From contig JBGANV010000001.1 of the NCBI GenBank assembly GCA_044222185.1, forward strand, positions 512,001 through 576,000: a DNA stretch of 64,000 bases, read 5' to 3'. Under the pieces are notes generated by a model. That model ran no database searches, was not told the DNA's origin, and was given only the letters and a program-made list of their open reading frames with translations. A program made the translations under genes and the position numbers. Below are positions 1-9,919 of the stretch, piece by piece. Position 1 is the first letter of the stretch; the number at the start of each line of letters is the position of its first letter. Origin of the DNA: Planctomycetota bacterium. Its GTDB lineage: Bacteria; Planctomycetota; GCA-002687715; CAIWVZ01.

Positions 1-2
1 TG

Positions 3-326
3 CCGGGCGACCCTGAACTCCCCGAGTTGCTGGACAAGTACCCGTGGTGTTTCCTGAATCACCATTGCGACCCGAACGCCGTCGTTCGCGGGCGGAGCCT
101 GGTCGCGCTCCGACCCATCGAGCGCATGGATGAGGTCACCTTCAACTACAACACGACCGAATCGGACATGGCATCGCCATTTCCGTGTGGCTGCGGCGCC
201 GAGCGCTGCAACGGCAGCGTCATTCGCGGATTCAAACACCTCTCCAAGCCCGAGCGCGAGCGCCTGCGCCCGTGGCTCGCTCCGCACATTCTCCAGCTGA
301 TGCACGATCGCGTCGCGATGTCGTAG
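3..326 (+). CDS. SET-domain protein-lysine methyltransferase-like protein with post-SET motif (5' truncated by window edge)
   Basis: Motifs FLNHHCDPN (NHSCxPN), ALRPI..EVTFNY (ELxFDY) and post-SET CGCGAERC. The frame is open from base 3, so the true start lies upstream of the window. Confidence 0.88.
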   Translation, partial: PGDPELPELLDKYPWCFLNHHCDPNAVVRGRSLVALRPIERMDEVTFNYNTTESDMASPFPCGCGAERCNGSVIRGFKHLSKPERERLRPWLAPHILQLMHDRVAMS

Positions 327-338
327 CCAACGGCGCCC

Positions 339-3300
339 ATGGACGACCCGATGGGACCGTCGTCGCCCGCGTCGGCGACGCCGCCCCCGAACCATCTCGT
401 GGAGATCTTCGATCGCACGGCCGCAGCCCATGCGGATGCCGTCGCGATCGACGTCCCGCCGTCGTCCAGGCGCGACGTGCGGCAGACTTTCACGTACGGC
501 CAGATTCAGCGGGAGTCGACGGCCACGGCACGGGCGCTGCGACCCTTCGTCACCGGCGAATGCATCGTCGCGATCCTCCTCCCGCGAGACTCCCGGCTCA
601 TCTACGTCGCCGAGCTGGGTGTTCTTCGAGCCGGCGCTGCCTACACCGCATTGGATCCGTCGTTCCCGGACGAGCGACTCCGCTTCGTCTTCAGCGACGC
701 ACGGCCCGCCGCGCTCCTGACGGATGAGGAAGGGAGGACCCGGGCGGTGGCCTGCGGGTTCGACGCGACGCGGATCATCCTCGTCTCGGACGTGACCCGA
801 GGCGCTGCGCCGCCCCATGCCCCGACCCCCGCGCCGCCATGGCTCGGGCCGACGTCGCTTGCCTACGTCGTGTACACGTCGGGTACGACCGGCAACCCGA
901 AGGGGGTGATGATCGAGCACGGCAGTGCCGTCAACCTCGTGACCTCCGACCTCGACTACTTCCGACTCGGTGCGGGCGCCCGCGTCGCGCAGGGCTCGTC
1001 GGCCGCCTATGACTCATCCGTCGAGGAGACGTGGCTGGCCCTCGGCTGCGGAGGAACGGTCGTCGTCATGGACGACGAGGCGGCGCGCCTCGGCCCGGAC
1101 CTGGAGGCGTGGCTGCGACGCGAGCGGGTCTCGGTGTTCTGTCCGCCGCCGACCCAGCTGCGCTCGATGGGGGCCATCGATCCGGCTCGCAGCCTTCCTG
1201 ATCTGCGGCTCCTGTACGTCGGCGGCGAGGCGCTTCCGCGCGACGTCGCCGACCGATGGGCGCCGGGACGTTGGCTCGAAAATGGCTACGGTCCGACGGA
1301 GTGCACCGTCACCGTGGTGCGTGGTCGCATCCAGGCCGGGGCTCCCATCATCATCGGTAGACCCGTCCGCGGCAACCACGCGTGGATCTTGGACGAGAGC
1401 CTCTCCGACGTGCCCGCCGGTCAGGTCGGCGAGCTTTGCATCGGCGGCGCGGGACTGTCGCGCGGCTACCTGAATCGACCGGACCTGGATGCGCGCGCGT
1501 TCACGGTTCACGCGCGGCATGGCCGCATCTACCGGACGGGCGATCTGGCACGCGTGACGTCCACGGGCGACCTCGAGTGCCTGGGGCGCATCGACTCCCA
1601 GGTGAAGGTCCGCGGCTACCGCATCGAACTCGAAGCCATCGACCATGCGCTCGTCGCGTGCGACGGGGTTCGCGCCGCGGCGAGCCGCGTCCAGAATGCC
1701 GAGGGCGATTCGATCCTCGTGGGGTACGTCGTTCCGGCGATTCCTCGCGACCCGCCCGACCCGGCGCGGCTGAAGGATGCACTGCGAGAACGCTTTCCTG
1801 ACTACATGGTGCCGTCGCGGTTCATGCTGGTCTCCGAGCTTCCGACGACGCCCGGCGGGAAGCTGGACCGGCGGGCGCTGCCGGACGCGCCGGCCCCGAT
1901 CGCGGACGACGGTGCGCCAGCCGTCCTGCCACGCGACGAACTGGAGCGACGCATCACGCAATCCGTGCAGACGGCGCTCCGGCGCCCGTCCCCAGCGTCG
2001 ATCGACGCGGACTTCTTCCACGATCTCGGCGGTGACTCGCTCGGTGCAGCGCTCCTCGTTTCGGCGCTTCGTGCCGATCCGCAGACGGCGAGCCTCACCG
2101 TGCGGGACGTCTACGACGCCCGCAGCGTGGCGAGGCTCGCCGCGCGCGCGCGCGCCCTCGGGCCCGTCGCTGCCACGGCGCCCATGCGGCGAGGGAAATC
2201 GCAGTGGCGGCCCGTCCTCGTGTCCGTGGGGCAGGCGAGTTGGCTTCTCGTTCGACTCGTCGTGGGATCCGCGGTGCTGTATTGGGGCGCCATGCGCGGG
2301 ATGCCGTGGGTCGTGGATCGGCTCGGCCCCGCTGGCGCGTTGCTCCTCACGCCGGTTGCCGCTCTCGCCTGGCTTCCAATCCACGTCGCACTGGCCACGC
2401 GCACGGCCGCGCTCGCAAAACGCATCCTGATCGGTCGCTACGAGCCCCGGCGCGAGCGCGCGTGGGGTGGTTTCTATCTGCGGCACTGGTTGGTGCAGCA
2501 GGTCGTGCGGCCGATTCCGGTGCGCATCCTCCAGGGCACGGTCTTCTTCAACTGGGTGTTGCGTGCCCTCGGTGCCGACGTCGGGCGGCGCGTCCACATC
2601 CACCGTGGCGTCGACATGATGCGTGGCGGCTGGGACCTTCTCACGATCGGCGACGATGCGGCCATCGCCCAGGACGCGGCCGTTCGACTCGTGGACTACG
2701 ACGATGGCGACGTCGTCGTGGGCGCGGTGACGGTCGGCGCAGGCAGCGTGATCGAGACGCGCGCGTCTGTGGGCCCAGGCACGTGCGTGGGAGAGGGGGC
2801 GACGCTTTGTGCGCTCTCGTCGCTGCCCGCCGGGGGACGAATCCCCGCCACGGAGCGGTGGGACGGCGTCCCCGCTCACTGTGTGGGGCACGCGCACGCG
2901 CCTGCGGCGAGCGCGTCGCCCGCGGGCATGAATCCGACCGTGCACGGTCTGCTCCTCGTCGCATCCCGCGCGTTGGTCCGTGGCCTCGTCTTCTACGCCC
3001 CGCTGGCACTCGTGATGCAAGTCGCGATGACGGCGTTCAATCTCACATCCGAACGCGTCACTGCCTATCTGACCGACCCCAGTCTCGACCCGGCGATCCT
3101 GTCGAGGCTCATGGGTTTCGCGTTCACGGACGTCATCTTGTCGCTCCTCGCGCGCGCGGCGATCTGTCGGCTCATGGGGCGTGTTCGGCCCGGGAGCATC
3201 GGCCGTTGGAGCCCAGCCTACGTGCGCGTGCTCCTGAAGACGGAACTGGTCGAGTCCGCGGGTGATTGGATCAGCGGGACGATGTTCTGGCCGATCTGGC

Positions 3301-4361
3301 TTCGCGCCGCCGGAATGCACGTGGGAGCAGACTGCGAAGTCAGCACGATCATCGACGTCGTCCCGGAGATGGTCGGGATCGCGGACGGGTGCTTCCTCGC
3401 GGACGGCATCTACCTCGGCGGAGCTCGCGTCGAACGAAGCGTCGTGACGCTCGCGCCGACGCGGCTCGGGCGAGACAGCTTCATCGGGAACCACGCCGTC
3501 ATTCCGGCGGGAGCCGACCTGCCGGACGGGATCCTGGTCGGCCTCTCGACGGTGGCGGATGCCTCCCGCATCACCCCTGGTAGCTCGTGGTTTGGGCACC
3601 CGGCCATGGAACTTCCGAAACGAGAGATCGTCATCGCCGACCGCGCGCACACCCACTCTCCCGGAGTCGTTCGCTACGTGACGCGGCTGGTCTGGGAATC
3701 TCTGCGCGTGACGCTTCCCGTCGTCCCGATTTCCGTCGGACTGCTCTGGTTCGAGGCGCTCGCGCGCTGCGCGAGAACCCACGGGACTGCGATCATGATC
3801 TTCGTCGCCGCGCCGATCGTGACACTGCTGGCCGCGGGCGGGCTCTGTGCGTTCGTCATCGCGCTCAAATGGTTCCTGTTGGGCCGAGTCAAGCCGGGCC
3901 AGCACGTGCTCTGGTCCTGCTGGTGCAGCCGGTGGGATTTCCTCTACGTCGCGTGGAACTTCTACGTCCGCGGGATCCTCTCGGCGCTGGAAGGCACCCT
4001 CATCCTTCCCTGGGTGCTCCGGGCGTCAGGCTGTCGTATCGGCCGGCGCGTCCTGCTCGGAAGCGGCTTCGCGCAGGTCGTCGACCCCGACATGCTCGTC
4101 ATCGAGGACGACGCCACCGTGACGGGGATGTTCCAGGCGCACACGTTCGAGGACCGCGTCCTGAAGATCGACCGCGTGACGATCCGGCGGGGAGCGACCG
4201 TCGGGAGCGGAGCGGTGCTGTTCTATGGGGCCGACGTCGGCGAGGGCGCGACCGTCGCCATGCATGGGGTCGTGATGAAGCACGAGCGCCTGCTGCCGGG
4301 CGTGACCTACTGTGGATGTCCGACACGTCCCGTGAAAACACCTCCGCGCCCGCAGCCCTGA
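339..4361 (+). CDS. Pls/PosA-family membrane-bound single-module NRPS (A-T-[TM/C-like]x3), poly-amino-acid synthetase-like
   Basis: A-domain motifs YTSGTTGNPKG, NGYGPTE, YRTGD, GRIDSQVKVRGYRIEL, GKLDR; PCP DFFHDLGGDSL; hydrophobic segments alternating with three LRxxGxxVG/hexapeptide-repeat domains; terminal QAHTFEDR; no classical C or TE domain. Confidence 0.9.
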   Translation: MDDPMGPSSPASATPPPNHLVEIFDRTAAAHADAVAIDVPPSSRRDVRQTFTYGQIQRESTATARALRPFVTGECIVAILLPRDSRLIYVAELGVLRAGAAYTALDPSFPDERLRFVFSDARPAALLTDEEGRTRAVACGFDATRIILVSDVTRGAAPPHAPTPAPPWLGPTSLAYVVYTSGTTGNPKGVMIEHGSAVNLVTSDLDYFRLGAGARVAQGSSAAYDSSVEETWLALGCGGTVVVMDDEAARLGPDLEAWLRRERVSVFCPPPTQLRSMGAIDPARSLPDLRLLYVGGEALPRDVADRWAPGRWLENGYGPTECTVTVVRGRIQAGAPIIIGRPVRGNHAWILDESLSDVPAGQVGELCIGGAGLSRGYLNRPDLDARAFTVHARHGRIYRTGDLARVTSTGDLECLGRIDSQVKVRGYRIELEAIDHALVACDGVRAAASRVQNAEGDSILVGYVVPAIPRDPPDPARLKDALRERFPDYMVPSRFMLVSELPTTPGGKLDRRALPDAPAPIADDGAPAVLPRDELERRITQSVQTALRRPSPASIDADFFHDLGGDSLGAALLVSALRADPQTASLTVRDVYDARSVARLAARARALGPVAATAPMRRGKSQWRPVLVSVGQASWLLVRLVVGSAVLYWGAMRGMPWVVDRLGPAGALLLTPVAALAWLPIHVALATRTAALAKRILIGRYEPRRERAWGGFYLRHWLVQQVVRPIPVRILQGTVFFNWVLRALGADVGRRVHIHRGVDMMRGGWDLLTIGDDAAIAQDAAVRLVDYDDGDVVVGAVTVGAGSVIETRASVGPGTCVGEGATLCALSSLPAGGRIPATERWDGVPAHCVGHAHAPAASASPAGMNPTVHGLLLVASRALVRGLVFYAPLALVMQVAMTAFNLTSERVTAYLTDPSLDPAILSRLMGFAFTDVILSLLARAAICRLMGRVRPGSIGRWSPAYVRVLLKTELVESAGDWISGTMFWPIWLRAAGMHVGADCEVSTIIDVVPEMVGIADGCFLADGIYLGGARVERSVVTLAPTRLGRDSFIGNHAVIPAGADLPDGILVGLSTVADASRITPGSSWFGHPAMELPKREIVIADRAHTHSPGVVRYVTRLVWESLRVTLPVVPISVGLLWFEALARCARTHGTAIMIFVAAPIVTLLAAGGLCAFVIALKWFLLGRVKPGQHVLWSCWCSRWDFLYVAWNFYVRGILSALEGTLILPWVLRASGCRIGRRVLLGSGFAQVVDPDMLVIEDDATVTGMFQAHTFEDRVLKIDRVTIRRGATVGSGAVLFYGADVGEGATVAMHGVVMKHERLLPGVTYCGCPTRPVKTPPRPQP

Positions 4362-4460
4362 GCTGCTCCAATCGACCGCGTGCCACGCGCGGCGCGCCGC
4401 GTCGCCTGGGCTCGAGTCGACAGAACGTCCGCGCCTCGACACCAGAAGGTCGTGGGCTTC

Positions 4461-4480
4461 CTCAGGAACCGCTTCCTGAG
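4461..4480. other. Perfect 8-bp hairpin (CTCAGGAA-CCGC-TTCCTGAG) downstream of the NRPS
   Basis: Inverted repeat seen directly. There is no U-tract, so a terminator role is uncertain. Confidence 0.35.
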
Positions 4481-4807
4481 CTCAGAGCCGCCGAGGCGCT
4501 GTCGCACCGGTCGGATCTGACGGGGCGCGACGCGGAATTCGTTGCAACGCCTGAGGCGCGTGCCCGCCGCCACCGCGCCTGACCGCGATCTGCCTGAGCG
4601 CGCGCCTGACGGCGTGCTCGCATGGCTCGGCTCGTTTCACAGCACGTTCGCAATCGGACGATCATGTTTGAAGCCGCGTGGGGCGGCGTCCGGCTCGCGT
4701 CGCGGGGACTGCGGTGCCGCGCGAACGGGACCGAGCGGATTCGGGCGCACGATCGAGTCGCCGAGCACCGCTGCGGTCGACTTCAATCCCTGACGACGAC
4801 TGATTCG

Positions 4808-6013
4808 ATGGCGACGACACTTCCAGGCATTCTCTTCGTCGACGACGAGCCGTCCATACTCGATGGACTCCGTCGTTCGATGCGCGGCCACCGGCATGAA
4901 TGGGACATGTCCTTCGCGTGCAACGGCGCGGACGCGCTCGATCAGATGGCACGCTCGCCCGCCGCGGTGATCGTCTCGGACATGCGGATGCCGGGGATCG
5001 ACGGCCCCGCGCTTCTCGGGCGTGTCCAGGCCCAATGGCCCGACACGATCCGCATCGTCCTCTCCGGCTATGCGGACACCGATGCCGCGATGCGGTCCGT
5101 CCTCGTCGCACACCAGGTTCTGTGCAAGCCCTGCGAGCCGGCCGACCTCACGGCGACTCTCGTTCGCGCGTGCGCGATCCGCGCGCTCTTGCGAGACGAA
5201 CGACTCCGCCGACGCCTTGGCGGCGTGGAGGCGCTCCCGAGCCTGCCCCGCATCTACCGCGAGGCATCGCGTCTCCTCGCGACCCAGAACCCGTCATTCG
5301 ACGAACTTGCGGCACTCGTCCGCGAGGATCCCGCGGTGTGCAGCAAGGTCCTTCACCTCGTGAATTCGAGCTTCTTCGGACTGGCGCGAACGCTCACGAG
5401 CGTCCGCGACGCGGTCGCCTACCTCGGACTCACGAGGCTGCGCAGGCTGCTGTTGTCCGTGGCCATCTTTCGTGAGGCCGAGTCGTGTCAGGCGCTTTCG
5501 GTCGAAACGGAACAACTCCATGCAATCATGACGGGCCAGCTCGCATCGGCGATCGTGAGAGATCAGACGCTCGCCGACGACGCGTTCGTCGCAGGGATGC
5601 TCCACGACATGGGGCGGCTGATCATCGCGACCCGGCTTCCGGACCTCTACCACGACGTCGTGAACCGCGCGGCTGCCACCGGGAAGTCCGAGGCGGACGT
5701 CGAACTGGACGTGTTGGGGGTAGGTCACGCCGAGGTCGGAGCGTACGTGCTCGGGATCTGGGGGCTTCCACCGAACGTCGTCGAGGCCGTCGCATTCCAT
5801 CACGCACCGGAGCGGTCGAATGGCATGGGCGACGACGTGCTCACCGCGGTGCACGTCGCGGACGCACTCGTCACCGAGGTGTCGAGGGACGACTTCAGCC
5901 AGAGTCGGCGGGAGCGTCCCGTGTTGAATCTCGCGCACGTCGCGGAACGGGGAATGGCCGGCGACCTCGAGACGTGGCGTGCCATGGTGTCCGCCAAGCG
6001 GAGCGAAGGATGA
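4808..6013 (+). CDS. Response regulator with REC + HDOD domains
   Basis: ILFVDDE, SDMRMPGIDG, KP receiver motifs; LPSLP..DPAVCSKVLHLVNS, GMLHDMG, HAEVG..WGLP..AFHHAP HDOD motifs. Start moved to ATG 4808. Confidence 0.9.
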   Translation: MATTLPGILFVDDEPSILDGLRRSMRGHRHEWDMSFACNGADALDQMARSPAAVIVSDMRMPGIDGPALLGRVQAQWPDTIRIVLSGYADTDAAMRSVLVAHQVLCKPCEPADLTATLVRACAIRALLRDERLRRRLGGVEALPSLPRIYREASRLLATQNPSFDELAALVREDPAVCSKVLHLVNSSFFGLARTLTSVRDAVAYLGLTRLRRLLLSVAIFREAESCQALSVETEQLHAIMTGQLASAIVRDQTLADDAFVAGMLHDMGRLIIATRLPDLYHDVVNRAAATGKSEADVELDVLGVGHAEVGAYVLGIWGLPPNVVEAVAFHHAPERSNGMGDDVLTAVHVADALVTEVSRDDFSQSRRERPVLNLAHVAERGMAGDLETWRAMVSAKRSEG

Positions 6014-6107
6014 CCGGCGCACGAGAGGGATGTGGGCCGGAACTGCGCCTGGCTCGCACAACGCGCGGAAGGCTCGGAGTCCAGTCGATCGACAACCGCG
6101 GCGGAGC

Positions 6108-7301
6108 ATGGCAGTGATCAGAACCTCGGTCGTCGTGTGCCTCGCACTCGGGTTGATGATCACGGCGCCGGTCGGCGCCCAGGCTGCCGACCGTCCACCG
6201 AAGCTAGTGCTCGGCATGTCGACGGCGCTCAGCGGACCGGCGGCTGCGCTCGGCACGAGCGTGCGCGACGGCGTGCAGGTTGCGATCGCCGAAGCGAACG
6301 CCGGGGGAGGGAAACCTCGCCGGCAACTCGAACTCGTCGCGCTGGACGACGGATACGAACCGGCGCAAGCGGGTCCCAACATGCGCCGCCTCATCCAGGA
6401 GTACAAGGTTCGCGCCATCGTCGGGAACATGGGGACGCCGACGGCCGTCGCGGCCATTCCGATCGCGGAGTCGAGCCACATCCCGTTCTTCGGTGCCTAC
6501 TCGGGGGGTGGCGTCCTGCGCCGTGAACCACCGGACAAGTACGTCATCAATTTCCGTGCGAGCTACGCCGAGGAGACCGCCGCGATGGTGGACGCACTCC
6601 TCGACCACGCCGGGCTCAAGGTGGACGAGATCGCGTTCTTCACGCAGCGCGACGCGTACGGCGACGCCGGATACGCCGGTGGCATTGCCGCCCTCACGCG
6701 CCGGGGCTTGAAGGACGAGCAGCAGGTCATCCACTGTCGTTACGAGCGAAACACGGTCGTGGTCGAACCCGCCGTCGCGGATCTCCTGCAGGCGGACCAT
6801 CCACCGAGAGCCGTCATCATGGTCGGGACGTTCGCGCCTTGCGCGCGATTCGTGAAACTCGCACGGGCGAGCGGATTGTCGCCGCGCTTTCTCACCGTCT
6901 CGTTCGTCGGGACAGAGCCACTCGCGAAGGCGCTTGGAGCGGACGGCGACGGCGTCGTCGTCACCCAGGTCGTTCCACACCCCGGTGGCAACGCGAAGAT
7001 CGCCGTGGAGTACAGGCAGGCACTCCGGTCGTTCGGCCCGATGGCCGAGCCTGGTTTTGGATCCTTCGAAGGGTACGCGGCGATGCGAGTGCTCCTGCGG
7101 GCATTGGCGCGCGTCGACGGTGAGCTGGCGCCGGACGCAATCGTCGCCGCACTCGAGGGGCTGGGCAGCTTCGACATCGGGCTCGGCGCACCGCTCTTCC
7201 TGGACGCGCGGCACCATCAGGCCTGCCATCAGGTCTGGCCCACGGTCCTTCGAGATGGCCGTGCGGTCGAAATGCAGTGGACGGAGTTGGGCGAGAAATG
7301 A
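6108..7301 (+). CDS. Periplasmic substrate-binding protein, branched-chain amino acid (LIVBP/PBP1) type
   Basis: Signal peptide ending AQA; LGMSTALSGP, LDDGYEP, GTPT, NFRASYAEE, SFEGY motifs; GGAG upstream of ATG 6108. Confidence 0.88.
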   Translation: MAVIRTSVVVCLALGLMITAPVGAQAADRPPKLVLGMSTALSGPAAALGTSVRDGVQVAIAEANAGGGKPRRQLELVALDDGYEPAQAGPNMRRLIQEYKVRAIVGNMGTPTAVAAIPIAESSHIPFFGAYSGGGVLRREPPDKYVINFRASYAEETAAMVDALLDHAGLKVDEIAFFTQRDAYGDAGYAGGIAALTRRGLKDEQQVIHCRYERNTVVVEPAVADLLQADHPPRAVIMVGTFAPCARFVKLARASGLSPRFLTVSFVGTEPLAKALGADGDGVVVTQVVPHPGGNAKIAVEYRQALRSFGPMAEPGFGSFEGYAAMRVLLRALARVDGELAPDAIVAALEGLGSFDIGLGAPLFLDARHHQACHQVWPTVLRDGRAVEMQWTELGEK

Positions 7302-9919
7302 CTCCACCACGCGCTCCGGATCATGGTCGGAGGACGACCCGAAAACGTCGGACCTCCGGAGAGAAGGACCAGGCGTCGGGCGTTCGGTGGCTGACGCGCA
7401 TCGGTGTCGGCGCCATGCTGTCGATCCTCGGGAGCATCACGTGGGGGCTCGCGGAAGTAGGACACGCCCGGCGCCGCGCGGAGTCCGCGAACCGTGCAGC
7501 GACGGTGCTCGGTCGTGATCTGGGTTATTGCCTCGATCATGCAGCCAGCGAGCTGAACGGGATGCTCGACCGCAGCCGGGAGCCGCGCGAGCCGGCAGGG
7601 TGGAGGATCGAACTCACGCGAGCGCTGGAGGAGCAGAAGAGGGCCTCGATGTCAGCCCCATTGGTTCTGGGGCTCGATCGGCTCTCGACCGAACTCGCGA
7701 CGGTTGGAGTGACCGTCGACCAACACTGCCGCGAGTGGGTGCGACGCCGGCAGCGCGTGACCGTCGAACTCGACGCCGCGGCGGCCCATGCGCGACGGAC
7801 GGCGTCCGAGATTCGACAGAAGCTTGCGCTGACGGCGGGGCAGCAGCGTCTGGCGCGGCTCGCGGAGTCCCGATCGGCGCTGGGCGCCGGTGATCGCGAG
7901 ACGATGGCGTTGGCGCGGTCGGTCCTGGCCGGGAAGGATCCGCTGAGGCAGATCGACTCCGTGAGCGTCGAGGTCGGCGAGCTGAGCCTTCTCATCGAGC
8001 GTTTGACGGCGGCGCGTGATTCCGACCAGTTGACCGATCTGAAGGACAACCTCATCGGGCCGTGCCTCGCGCGGTTGCGGCGAACCGCCGGCGGTCTTCC
8101 CGACGACTTGGGTCGCGCGCTCCGGGATCTCGTGACGGAAATCGAATCGGTGCTCTTTGGGAAGGCGTGCCTCATCGACTCTGCGCACCAGACCATCGTC
8201 TCGTCCGAAGGCGGTCTCTACACGCTGCAGGTGGAATCACTCGGTCTGGCGTCCGAAGCGGCGGCGCGGCGTCAGGAAGTGAACTTCTGGCTCGCCACGT
8301 TGACCGCAGAGCGCGCGCGATTGACGGACGCTGCGGATGCTCTCAGTCATGAGCTCGCCAGCGAGTCGGAGAGCCTGCTCGGCTGGGCGCTGGGAACCGT
8401 GCTCGTCGTTTCGCTGGCTGCGGCCGGAGCGTTCTTGAGCCATGGACGGAAGATCGCGCGGACGATCGCGGACCAGATGACTGCGATTCGCCGCACGACG
8501 GTCTCGCTGGAGCAAACCAACGCCGTGCTCGAGAAGGCGCGAAGCGCCGTCGACCTGCTGCATGCGACGGCAACCGCGTCCAACGAATCCGAGTCCGTCG
8601 CCGAAGCCCTTTCGCGCACACTCTCCGCGGTTTCGCAGTGGAACGGTTGGAGCGCGGCCCATGCCTACCTCGTGAAAGCGGACGAGGTCACGGAGACGGG
8701 GATCTGGTTCCAGGTCGTCGGTGGCAAATTCGACAGGCTCGCGAACGTGACGTCACAGACGGGCCTGCAGGACGATGTCCAGATCCCGATGGCAGTCGCG
8801 CGAACCGGGGTCCCCGTGCCACCTGGGGCGCTGCACGGGCGCGTCGCCAGCGGACGCGAGTCCGCGGCTCGCGCCGCCGGCTTGACCAACTGTGCCGCGT
8901 TCCCCGTGTCGTTGGCGGGGCGCGTCGTCGCGGTGCTCGAGTTCTTCGGCGGTCCGGACGTCGTCGCCCGTGAGGACACGGTTCAGCTCATGAGCAGCGT
9001 CGCGCACCACCTCGCCCAGGCTTTCGAGCGTGAGGAGGCCGCACGCGCGAAGGAAAGCACTGCGAAACAGCTCGCCGAACTCTCGCGTGAGGTCGGAAAG
9101 GCGGAGATCGCAACGGGCGTGCTCCACAACGTCGGGAACGTGCTGAACAGCGTGGGCGTCTCCGCGGCGCTGTTGTCCGAACGTGTCCATCGCTCGAAGG
9201 TCGAGGCGTTCCAGCGTGCCGCATCGATGCTGAGGGAGAACGATCGGCGACTTGCGGAGTACCTCACGACCGATCCCCGCGGCGCGAGCCTGCCGAGGTA
9301 TCTGGTGGAGCTCTCGCAGCGCCTCGCCCGCGAGCGCGATGAGATCATCGTCGAACTCAAGGATCTCTCGTCGAACGTGGAGCACATGAAACAGACGATC
9401 GCCATGCAGCAATCGTTCGGGAAACCGTGCGGCATGACGGAGCGGATGGCGATCCAGGACGTCATCGACGACGCCGTGCGGATCAACAGCACGAGCCTGC
9501 AACGTCATGGAATCATGGTCGTTTGCGAGACCGAGTTCTCTGACGCCGTGCGCGTGGACCGGCAGCGGATCCTGATGATCCTCGTCAACTTGATCAGCAA
9601 TGCGATCCACGCGGTGAGGAACGTGGATCTCTCCGAGCGCAAGATCGTCGTCCGAACGACGTGGACGACCGAGGGGAGGATCGCGGTTTCGGTGCGGGAC
9701 AACGGAGTGGGGATTCCCGCCGCGAACCTCAGCCGGATCTTCTCCCATGGGTTCTCCACGAGGAAGGATGGCCATGGCTTCGGCCTCCACAGCTCCGCAG
9801 TGACGGCTGGCGAGATGGGCGGGAGCCTTGGAGTCGAGAGTTCCGGCCCCGGCGAAGGCGCCACGTTCACGCTCACGCTGCCGGCATCCATCGTCGAACC
9901 CGCGGAGGTGAATGCGTGA
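7298..9919 (+). CDS. Membrane sensor histidine kinase (two TMs, periplasmic helical domain, GAF, HisKA, HATPase)
   Basis: H-box ATGVLHNVGN, NLISNA, DNGVG, GFSTRKDGHGFGL, GEGATF; GAF-like AFPV..RVVAVLEFF; ATGA overlap with the upstream gene. Confidence 0.9.
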   Translation: MTPPRAPDHGRRTTRKRRTSGEKDQASGVRWLTRIGVGAMLSILGSITWGLAEVGHARRRAESANRAATVLGRDLGYCLDHAASELNGMLDRSREPREPAGWRIELTRALEEQKRASMSAPLVLGLDRLSTELATVGVTVDQHCREWVRRRQRVTVELDAAAAHARRTASEIRQKLALTAGQQRLARLAESRSALGAGDRETMALARSVLAGKDPLRQIDSVSVEVGELSLLIERLTAARDSDQLTDLKDNLIGPCLARLRRTAGGLPDDLGRALRDLVTEIESVLFGKACLIDSAHQTIVSSEGGLYTLQVESLGLASEAAARRQEVNFWLATLTAERARLTDAADALSHELASESESLLGWALGTVLVVSLAAAGAFLSHGRKIARTIADQMTAIRRTTVSLEQTNAVLEKARSAVDLLHATATASNESESVAEALSRTLSAVSQWNGWSAAHAYLVKADEVTETGIWFQVVGGKFDRLANVTSQTGLQDDVQIPMAVARTGVPVPPGALHGRVASGRESAARAAGLTNCAAFPVSLAGRVVAVLEFFGGPDVVAREDTVQLMSSVAHHLAQAFEREEAARAKESTAKQLAELSREVGKAEIATGVLHNVGNVLNSVGVSAALLSERVHRSKVEAFQRAASMLRENDRRLAEYLTTDPRGASLPRYLVELSQRLARERDEIIVELKDLSSNVEHMKQTIAMQQSFGKPCGMTERMAIQDVIDDAVRINSTSLQRHGIMVVCETEFSDAVRVDRQRILMILVNLISNAIHAVRNVDLSERKIVVRTTWTTEGRIAVSVRDNGVGIPAANLSRIFSHGFSTRKDGHGFGLHSSAVTAGEMGGSLGVESSGPGEGATFTLTLPASIVEPAEVNA

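Noticed and set aside
1014-3905. Long antisense or alternate-frame ORFs (e.g. 1014-3905, 24315-26438, 31331-33268, 48555-51302)
   Set aside because: They are shadows of well-supported genes caused by high GC3 and stop-codon scarcity, and have no motifs of their own.
4622-4807. N-terminal extensions given by the ORF track (also 5979, 9661, 13666, 26351, 43583, 45183, 46253, 57909, 61180)
   Set aside because: They overlap neighbouring genes, tRNAs or promoters; downstream starts with an RBS or stop-start coupling fit better.
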